NCBI GenBank assembly: GCA_963782525.1
Contig: CAWAKC010000007.1
Span: 128,001-192,000 of the forward strand
Direction: 5' to 3'
From: Candidatus Bathyarchaeota archaeon
GTDB lineage: Archaea > Thermoproteota > Bathyarchaeia > Bathyarchaeales > Bathycorpusculaceae
DNA length: 64,000 nt
The first letter of the stretch is position 1. Every line of letters begins with the position of its first letter. Both the position numbers and the translations under genes were made by a program. Positions 56,971 through 64,000 of the stretch are shown in pieces. The notes beneath the pieces are model-generated. The model saw only the letters and a list, made by a program, of their open reading frames with translations, had not been told where the DNA came from and did not search any database.

Positions 56971-57885
56971 ATGGATTGGTTGTCTATCCTTCTTTTGGCG
57001 CTAACTTTTGTTGCAGTAATGTTGGTTTCAGGTAATAACCTGTCTGCTTGTGTTGGTCCAGCAGTAGGATCAAGAATCATAAGTAAACGGTTTGGCATGC
57101 TACTGGGAGCTACAGGGTTTTCGCTGGGTCTCATATTCCAAGGCGTAACCATGACGAATACTGTGGCTAAACTTATGCCAGTTGCGACTTCGCAGTTTCG
57201 AGCGGAAGTTTTGTTTGTGGCAATTTTAGTTTTTGTCGTTGCCGATTTGATTAGGGTGCCAATGTCTCTGAGCATGTCACTTGTAGGTTTGCTTACAGGC
57301 GTGTCGATTGCCAATGGAACCTTAACTGACGGTGCATACATCACTGAGATAGTGGGTTTGTGGGTAGCTGCCCCCCTAATTGCGATAGTCTTCTCTTTTT
57401 ACTTAATAAGAATAATCAACAAAAGACAGCCAAAAAACGTTTGGCATAGGCTACAAACATACAAAATCCTGCTCATTGTTTTAGCTTTTTCCACATCCTA
57501 CGTGTTAGGAGCTAACACCCTTGGTTTGATAGCTGCCACGGGGGGCTTTGATTTGACCACTGCGATATTGTCAATTGCTGCAATTTTCATTGGAACATTC
57601 TATTTGAGTGCAGGCGAGATTCGCAGGGTTTCGCAGGAGCTTTTTCTCATGCGGTACTCAAATGCGACTACAGCACTCTTAACTTCAAGCGTTTTGGTTG
57701 AAGCGGCTACACTTTTGAATATCCCTCTGTCTAACACTCAAGCACTCTCATCCGCCGTTTTCGGGACAGGCATTTCCTACAAATCCAAGTTTGTTTCCAT
57801 CAAGCCTTTTTTGATTACAGTTTCAAGTTGGGTAATTGCTCCATTGTTGAGCTTCGCTATCGGATTAATCATCGCAAAAATTTAG
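56971..57885 (+). CDS. pit: Inorganic phosphate transporter, PiT family
   Basis: SGNN..ACVG.AVGS, PMSLS, LGANT, IPLSNTQ. Confidence 0.85.
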   Translation: MDWLSILLLALTFVAVMLVSGNNLSACVGPAVGSRIISKRFGMLLGATGFSLGLIFQGVTMTNTVAKLMPVATSQFRAEVLFVAILVFVVADLIRVPMSLSMSLVGLLTGVSIANGTLTDGAYITEIVGLWVAAPLIAIVFSFYLIRIINKRQPKNVWHRLQTYKILLIVLAFSTSYVLGANTLGLIAATGGFDLTTAILSIAAIFIGTFYLSAGEIRRVSQELFLMRYSNATTALLTSSVLVEAATLLNIPLSNTQALSSAVFGTGISYKSKFVSIKPFLITVSSWVIAPLLSFAIGLIIAKI

Positions 57886-58035
57886 TTTCGTTAGGGGCTA
57901 AACTTTTATATACACTTGAATCAAAAAGAGCCCTATAGGGCGTCAACAAAAAGGCAAAGCCGTATTACCAAGCTCCAGATGCGCCGCAAATTTTTTGCCT
58001 AAGATTAACGTATAGTAATACAAAGGTGTCTTTGG

Positions 58036-58244
58036 ATGTGCTTAATCGAATGTCCTTTTTGTAACGAAATTCTTGAAGTTGAACCTACTAATAAACTTCA
58101 CACTGCCTTCTCGTTCGTAAACCCAATATCACATAGTTACTATGGAGAGATTGTGAAAACGAAACATAAGTGCCTAATCAAAACTACAAAAAACAAATTA
58201 AAGTCAAGTGGTATGCTCCACTCGAATACTTCAATCGCTTATGA
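58036..58244 (+). pseudogene. Probable frameshifted small zinc-ribbon gene
   Basis: CPFC at the N-terminus; after HKC (58171) the alternative frame reads NQNYKKQIKVKWYAPLEYFNRL-stop. Confidence 0.45.
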
Positions 58245-58312
58245 TCGATAGCAAAAAATACTGGATTTCTTCAAAAATGAAGTGAGAGCGAAGCTTTTAA
58301 AAGATGATAAAG

Positions 58313-58385
58313 TGCGGTTGCCGGGATTTGAACCCGAGTCGACAGCTTGGGAAGCTGCAGTCCTACCGAACTAGACTACAACCGC
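58313..58385 (-). tRNA. tRNA-Gly (CCC), intronless, CCA not encoded
   Basis: Cloverleaf GCGGTTG/CAACCGC, D-arm GTCT/GGAC, anticodon arm GCAGC-TTCCCAA-GCTGT, T-arm TCGGG-TTCAAAT-CCCGG. Confidence 0.96.
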
Positions 58386-58478
58386 AACATTTACCTACAG
58401 AACCGCGGTAGCTATCGCATAGGGATAGTTCATTTGATATAGAAACTTTACTATCAAATCTTTTTGGCGAATCAGTCA

Positions 58479-59315
58479 TCAGTTAAGGATTCTAGTTGCG
58501 TCGACGATGTATCCGCAGTTAGTGAGTTCGCGTATGAGGGCAAGTTTCCAGCTGTCGCGGTCATCGAAGGCTGCGAGCTTTAAGCCTTCAAAATCGGTAG
58601 GGCACTCAAAGTTTGCGCATTCCCGATAGAAGACGAGTATATGGTCTTTACCAAGCTTGCCTATTAGAAAACCAAGTTCAAAAACCACGTCCTGCCTTGG
58701 TCGGAGCCTTCGTTTTGTGGGCGATTCCTTCTTAGCGTAAGCAAAATCATCAGGTGACAGCAAAACTACGGCAAAACCGACATCTTTGTAGTCAGCGAAG
58801 CGTTCAACAATTTTTCTGCCTTGACTTGGCTCCTCACACATAACTACAGGCACAAGCCAAAGTTTAGTCAGAGCATTAGTGATTGCTTGTTTCATTTCAT
58901 CATCGGTACCGCAAACAACGAAAATCCTGCGCCTATCCGAAACAGACTTTGATTGAAATGGATCTAGAGTTTTTTCGGTTGAGGACAAAAATTTTTCAGT
59001 GCAGAGGTATGCGCCTTTGACTTTGCCTTTGAGGATGCTATCGAGGAGATATTTTTTGTCTTTGGCAGCTACAAGGTTTTCTTGGTTAGGAAGGGTTAGT
59101 TTGTCAGCTGTTTCATAGGACCAGAAGATGACAGCTTTATTGACTTTTAGGGGGTTGAGGAGTTTGCCCATGAACCAGAAAGGTTGGCCTGCGGTAAAAG
59201 ATGTGGAGAAGGTGCGTACTAGTTCCTCTTGAGGAACGTTAAATCGAATACCGGATTTACCTGGCTCGGCGTATTCAACATAGATGTGATACTTGGGCAC
59301 TTGCACACTAATCAA
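58479..59315 (-). CDS. TIR-like nucleotide-binding domain protein (CAP12/Pycsar-effector TIR family) with an unknown N-terminal domain
   Basis: RIFVVCG-D, GRKIVERF, FAVVLLSPDD, RPRQDVVFELGFLIGKLG, PTDFEG, WKLALIREL. Confidence 0.82.
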   Translation of the reverse strand: MISVQVPKYHIYVEYAEPGKSGIRFNVPQEELVRTFSTSFTAGQPFWFMGKLLNPLKVNKAVIFWSYETADKLTLPNQENLVAAKDKKYLLDSILKGKVKGAYLCTEKFLSSTEKTLDPFQSKSVSDRRRIFVVCGTDDEMKQAITNALTKLWLVPVVMCEEPSQGRKIVERFADYKDVGFAVVLLSPDDFAYAKKESPTKRRLRPRQDVVFELGFLIGKLGKDHILVFYRECANFECPTDFEGLKLAAFDDRDSWKLALIRELTNCGYIVDATRILN

Positions 59316-59433
59316 TGACTAATCAATCGATCTAAGCTCAAAAACCTTACCATACATAAAGGTTAGAAGAAAACGCAAACAAAATCGTTATCAGACAGCA
59401 ACCTACACATTTAGCGTGCAAGGAGAAAAGTAC

Positions 59434-60516
59434 ATGCCCAAAAACTACACTTACGATGACGCAGGGGTAAACCGCAAAAAACGCGTCGAATCCAAAAAAG
59501 CTCTAAAAATGCTGCAGGAAACTTACCAACACAGTCTCTACAGTGGGGTAATCCATTTGCCGTACGGAAACATCTTTGCCGTTGGTGAGAACACGTTTTT
59601 AGACATGGTCATCGAGGGTGTAGGCACCAAAGTTCTCATTGCACAGTTAGCTCAGAAATATGACACCATAGGCGTTGACGCTGTCGCCATGGCAGTTAAC
59701 GATGTGATTCGTTCAGGCGCAAAACCGCTTGCAATAGCCGATAACATTCATGCGCAAGCCAGTGAACCCACACTCGTAAAAGAATGGTTAAAAGGCATCA
59801 TACAGGGCGCTAATGAATCCGAGTGCCCAGTTACGGGCGGGGAAACAGGCGATGTGGCTGAAATAATAAAGGGTATAGTTGAAAATGCGGGTTTCGATAT
59901 GGTTGTAGCCTCCGTGGGCAAAGTTGGGCGCCAAGAAATCATTACTGGCGAGGGCATCAAGCCAGGCGACCCCATCATCGGTTTAGCCAGCAGCGGCGTA
60001 CATAGCAATGGTATCACGTTGGTAAGAAAGGTTCTCTTTAAGCAATGGGGCGGAAAATACAATCCAACCGACATTCCCGAAGGCTTGGATAGAGAGGTGG
60101 CACTTGAAGTGCTTGAACCAACAAAAATCTATGTTAAACCTCTCCTTAAGCTGGCTCGAGAAGTTAAAGTAAAAGCAGGAGTTCACATAACAGGCGATGC
60201 ATTCACCAAATTCAACAACCTCGCCAACTACTCACCAGGAATAGGCTTTGAATTCAACAATTTTAAGCCTCAACCAATCTTTGGCTTAATCCAAAAAACT
60301 GCAGGTGAACAAGGCTTAACCATAATGGATGAAGAAATGTTTAGAACTTTTAACATGGGGTGGGGCTTCGGCATAATCGTGGACAAAGCTGACATCGACA
60401 AAGCCATGAATACACTTGAACAGGATAGCATTAAGCCTGAGCGAATAGGCAAAGTTACAGCAAAAGAAAGAGTCGTCGAAATCGATTACCAGAACAAACA
60501 TATGATTTTAACATAA
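59434..60516 (+). CDS. purM: Phosphoribosylformylglycinamidine cyclo-ligase (AIR synthetase)
   Basis: YDDAGVN, EGVGTK, AMAVND, GGET, SSGVHSNG, EPTKIY, HITG, RTFNMG; AAGGAG SD before ATG 59434. Confidence 0.95.
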   Translation: MPKNYTYDDAGVNRKKRVESKKALKMLQETYQHSLYSGVIHLPYGNIFAVGENTFLDMVIEGVGTKVLIAQLAQKYDTIGVDAVAMAVNDVIRSGAKPLAIADNIHAQASEPTLVKEWLKGIIQGANESECPVTGGETGDVAEIIKGIVENAGFDMVVASVGKVGRQEIITGEGIKPGDPIIGLASSGVHSNGITLVRKVLFKQWGGKYNPTDIPEGLDREVALEVLEPTKIYVKPLLKLAREVKVKAGVHITGDAFTKFNNLANYSPGIGFEFNNFKPQPIFGLIQKTAGEQGLTIMDEEMFRTFNMGWGFGIIVDKADIDKAMNTLEQDSIKPERIGKVTAKERVVEIDYQNKHMILT

Positions 60517-60574
60517 AGTATTGCTTTTTTCTTGACGAAAGCGTTTAAATCCTGATTGCATGATTTAAAAGCTC

Positions 60575-60826
60575 ATGAAATACGCTGCAAAAATCGAAGT
60601 CAGCCTCAAACCCGGACACAGTAATCCGGAAGGCGAAACTACTGCACGTTTACTAATAGAACTCGGCTACAAGGTGCAAGCGGTGGATATCAGCAAAGTC
60701 TACACCGTACACCTCGACGCCTCAACGCTCACTGAAGCAAAGACAAAAACGGAAGAAATGAGCAAACGCCTCTTGGCAAACCCAACCAAAGACAACTACA
60801 CCATAAGCGTCGTTGAAGCCAAATGA
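60575..60826 (+). CDS. purS: FGAM synthase subunit PurS
   Basis: LKPGHSNPEG, LLANP; overlaps the purL start. Confidence 0.92.
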   Translation: MKYAAKIEVSLKPGHSNPEGETTARLLIELGYKVQAVDISKVYTVHLDASTLTEAKTKTEEMSKRLLANPTKDNYTISVVEAK

Positions 60827-63210
60827 AGGCTAACCTCTATACCCAACGCAAAAACAGCCCCATTTTAGAGTTTCCTATAGAAAAAGCCGGCGAGGAACAA
60901 CTCGGTCAAATCAACAGCGAACTCGCCTTAGGCTTCAGCATACAAGAACTCAAAGAGATTCAATCATATTATAAAACAGAAAAACGTAACCCCACAGACG
61001 TTGAACTCCAAACAATCAGCCAAACATGGAGCGAACACTGCTGCCACAAAACATTCAAGGGCAAAATAGAGTTCGACGGCAAAGAAATCAACAGCCTCTT
61101 CAAAACCTACATAGCTAAAGCTACCAAACAAATCAAGGCACCTTGGTGCGTCAGCGTTTTTGAAGATAACGCTGGCATCGTCAAGTTTGACAAAGGCTAT
61201 GGTATAGCGGCTAAAGTGGAAACTCACAATCATCCCTCTGCGGTGGAGCCCTTTGGCGGCGCTGCAACAGGAGTCGGCGGAGTTATCCGAGACATTTTGG
61301 GCGTGTGGGCTGACCCAATCGCATGCACCGACGTTTTGGGTTTTGGTCCCTTAGATTATGACTATAACAAACTTCCCATAGGAGTTAAACATCCTAAGTA
61401 TGTGTACATGGGTGTCACCGCAGGAATTAGCGCATATGGCAACAACATGGGCATTCCAACTGTAAACGGCGCCATATACTTCGACGATTCCTACACGGGA
61501 AATGTCGTCGTCTACTGTGGCTGCATCGGTCTCTTACCCCTAAACAGGTACGCAAAAAACGCAAAAGTCGGCGACATCGTAGTTTTATCAGGCGGAAAAA
61601 CAGGACGTGACGGCATCCACGGCGTGACCTTCGCATCCGCCGAACTCACCGAAAAATCGGAAGAAATCTCGCGGTCAGCCGTCCAAATCGCAGACCCCAT
61701 CGAAGAAGAAAAAGTAAAAAGAGCAATAGTAGAAATCCGCGACCTCCAACTTGCTTCAGCTGTGACCGATATAGGAGGAGGAGGTTTATCTTCAGCTGTC
61801 GGCGAAACAGCAGAACGTTTCAACTGCGGAGTCACCGCTGACTTAGCGAAGGTGCCTTTGAAGTATCAAGGTTTGGCGCCGTGGGAAATTTACCTCTCCG
61901 AATCCCAAGAACGAATGTTAATCACTGTTGCGCCCGAGAATTTGGAGCGAGTTATGGCTGTTTTTGAGAAAGAAGACGTTATAGCTACAGCAATTGGGAT
62001 ATTGACACCTGAGAGACGCCTGAAACTCACTTACAATGACGAAACAGTCTCCGACGTAGACATGACTTTCCTCTTCAACCCTTGCACCAGCAGCAAAGTG
62101 GCCACCTTCGAGAAAACAGACTTCACTGAACCAGAATTCCCAGAGCCAGCAAACCTCACCGAGACCTTGCTGCAACTGCTGGCAGCCCCAAACATCGCCA
62201 GCAAAGAAAGCGTAATCCGCACATACGACCATGAAGTCAAAGGCAACACAACCCTCAAACCACTTCAGGGCGAGTACGCGGGACCAAACGACGCAGCCGT
62301 ACTAAAACCACTGGATGATTCCCTAAAATGTCTAACTATCTCCTCCGGCATGAATCCAAACTACGGAAAGATTGACGCGTACTGGATGGCAGCTTCAGCA
62401 ATCGACGAAGCCATACGCAACAACATCGCTGTAGGCGGAAGAAGAATTTCGCTTTTAGACAATTTCACCTGGGGCAACCCAGAGAAAACAGAACGCCTAG
62501 GCTCGCTAGTTAGAGCTTGCGAAGCATGCTACGACTTTGCAGTCGCATTCAAAGCGCCATTTATCTCAGGCAAAGACAGCCTCTACAATGAATCGCCGCT
62601 GGGTCCAATAACCTCAACACTCTTAATCACTGCAGTTGGCGTAATCCCAAACATCCAATCCACCACATCCATGGACCTCAAAGCAGCAGGCAACCTCCTG
62701 TATCTAATCGGCGAAACATTCAACGAACTCGGCGGATCCGAATACTACAAACTTAAAGGCTACCTCGGCGCCAGTGTACCCAAAGTGAAGGGAGCAAAAG
62801 CTAAACGCACATTCAAAGCTGTAACCAAAGCCATTGATGAAGGTTTAGTCAAGTCTTGTCATGACCTCTCGGAAGGCGGTTTGGCAGTGGCGGCGGCTGA
62901 GATGGCGTTTGCAGGCGGCTATGGCTTAGAACTGGATCTGCGCAAAGTGATAGGTAAAGAATTAACACGCAACGATTTCATATTGTTCTCTGAATCAAAC
63001 AGCCGCTTCCTAATCGAAGTCGCGGAAGCGGACAAGGAAGATTTTGAGGATTTGATGAAGGGTAAAAACTGCGCCCTAATCGGCAAAGTAACCAAAGAGC
63101 AGAAACTCCTCGTCCACGGGATGAACGGCAAAGTCGTTGTTGACGCTTCACTCGAAACGCTTCGGAGTAGCTGGAAAAAAACCCTCAGCCCAGAGGAGGC
63201 ATCACAATGA
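60823..63210 (+). CDS. purL: FGAM synthase subunit PurL
   Basis: WSEHCCHK, ETHNHPS, GGAATGVGG.IRD, DIGGGG, SESQERM, SGKDSLYN, HDLSEGG. Confidence 0.96.
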   Translation: MKANLYTQRKNSPILEFPIEKAGEEQLGQINSELALGFSIQELKEIQSYYKTEKRNPTDVELQTISQTWSEHCCHKTFKGKIEFDGKEINSLFKTYIAKATKQIKAPWCVSVFEDNAGIVKFDKGYGIAAKVETHNHPSAVEPFGGAATGVGGVIRDILGVWADPIACTDVLGFGPLDYDYNKLPIGVKHPKYVYMGVTAGISAYGNNMGIPTVNGAIYFDDSYTGNVVVYCGCIGLLPLNRYAKNAKVGDIVVLSGGKTGRDGIHGVTFASAELTEKSEEISRSAVQIADPIEEEKVKRAIVEIRDLQLASAVTDIGGGGLSSAVGETAERFNCGVTADLAKVPLKYQGLAPWEIYLSESQERMLITVAPENLERVMAVFEKEDVIATAIGILTPERRLKLTYNDETVSDVDMTFLFNPCTSSKVATFEKTDFTEPEFPEPANLTETLLQLLAAPNIASKESVIRTYDHEVKGNTTLKPLQGEYAGPNDAAVLKPLDDSLKCLTISSGMNPNYGKIDAYWMAASAIDEAIRNNIAVGGRRISLLDNFTWGNPEKTERLGSLVRACEACYDFAVAFKAPFISGKDSLYNESPLGPITSTLLITAVGVIPNIQSTTSMDLKAAGNLLYLIGETFNELGGSEYYKLKGYLGASVPKVKGAKAKRTFKAVTKAIDEGLVKSCHDLSEGGLAVAAAEMAFAGGYGLELDLRKVIGKELTRNDFILFSESNSRFLIEVAEADKEDFEDLMKGKNCALIGKVTKEQKLLVHGMNGKVVVDASLETLRSSWKKTLSPEEASQ

Positions 63211-64000
63211 ACACTGAAGAAATCAAAGTCTGCGTAATGCGTGTCGGTGGAACCAACTGCGATGCAGAAACTCAACGTGCCTTCCAAGAGTTGGGCGTAC
63301 AAGCTGAAATAGTCCATGTAAACGAATTAATCAAACGCCGTAACCTTTTGGATTATTCGGTGCTGGTTTTTCCAGGCGGCTTCTCCTTTGGCGACTACGT
63401 GCGTTCAGGCGTAATTTTTGCAAGACACCTATCCGCGAACCTCGCAAAAGAGATGGAAACTTTCATCGATGAAAGCAGACCCATATTAGGCATATGCAAT
63501 GGTTTTCAAATTCTTGTCGAATACGGTTTGCTTCCAGGCTTCAAAGGCATGAGCGAATACCCCGAAGCCACATTGACAACCAATGAGCCGGCAGGCTTCA
63601 AGTGCCAATGGACCTACCTAAAACAAGAAAACAAAGGCAAATGCATGTTCACAAACAAAATTCCCGCTGGAAAAGTCGTCAATTTACCAATCGCACATGG
63701 CGAGGGACGACTCCTGTTCCCCAAAGAGCAAGAACAGGCGTTGCTCAAGAAACTCATCGATGAGGACATGCTGGTCTTCCGCTACTGCGACAAAGACGGC
63801 AAGGTCGCCGACGGCAAATACCCAGTCAGCCCCAACGGCTCATTCTACGACATCGCAGGCATCTGCAACAGGGAAGGCAACATATTCGGTTTGATGCCGC
63901 ATCCGGAAAGGGCGATGTACTGGTGGCAGCAACCAAACTGGACACGCGAGCAACAAATGCTTCAGTACGGCGACGGCAAAATGATCTTCCAAAGCATAAT
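63207..64000 (+). CDS. purQ: FGAM synthase glutaminase subunit PurQ (runs off the window end)
   Basis: GGTNCD, PGGFSFGDY, GICNGFQ, AHGEGR, PNGS, MPHPER; ATGA overlap with purL. Confidence 0.95.
   Translation, partial: MNTEEIKVCVMRVGGTNCDAETQRAFQELGVQAEIVHVNELIKRRNLLDYSVLVFPGGFSFGDYVRSGVIFARHLSANLAKEMETFIDESRPILGICNGFQILVEYGLLPGFKGMSEYPEATLTTNEPAGFKCQWTYLKQENKGKCMFTNKIPAGKVVNLPIAHGEGRLLFPKEQEQALLKKLIDEDMLVFRYCDKDGKVADGKYPVSPNGSFYDIAGICNREGNIFGLMPHPERAMYWWQQPNWTREQQMLQYGDGKMIFQSI

Noticed and set aside
58313-58385. tRNA-Gly as the attachment site of an integrated element
   Set aside because: No integrase and no duplicated tRNA 3' end was noticed in the window.
350-63894. Numerous short antisense or overlapping ORFs in the six-frame track (e.g. 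350..670, 18428..18796, 21629..21940, 39162..39623, 62919..63317)
   Set aside because: They are shadows of long genes with clear motifs. The similarity among 350..670, 18428..18796 and 21629..21940 only mirrors the conserved C-terminus of the propeller paralogs.

Overview
Archaeal chromosomal segment, most likely Bathyarchaeia. This is inferred from the GPN-loop GTPase, an MtrH-like methyltransferase, TATA-type promoters, frequent TTG starts and an expansion of anchored PQQ-like beta-propeller proteins. (1) Positions 1-34 kb form an accessory island. Five paralogous ~900-aa secreted, C-terminally anchored beta-propeller proteins with an invariant PNQHG motif, a tandem BamB/PQQ-type propeller and a frameshifted YVTN propeller are interleaved with six radical SAM genes (3 cobalamin-binding, 2 AhbC/AhbD/NirJ-like SPASM, 1 HemN-like) and a reduced rnfD-rnfC pair. 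Four of the five paralogs have a stem-loop 33-34 nt after a TATA box. Two share a near-identical 138-bp anchor/terminator block, and one has lost its signal-peptide core. (2) Positions 34-51 kb hold a bacterial-type MetK, a Rid protein, HtpX, a cluster of Asn-synthase-like, nitrilase, two CxCPRC proteins, ferredoxin and CbiZ, a fourth B12 radical SAM, and an MtrH-like plus corrinoid protein pair. Two unannotated micro-ORFs also lie here: a very basic 53-aa protein and a C2H2 zinc finger. (3) Positions 51-64 kb hold two GT-C/STT3-like membrane proteins, Pit/DUF47, tRNA-Gly(CCC), an orphan TIR-domain protein and purM-purS-purL-purQ. No CRISPR array, rRNA or transposase was seen. All family assignments come from motif recognition by eye, not database searches.
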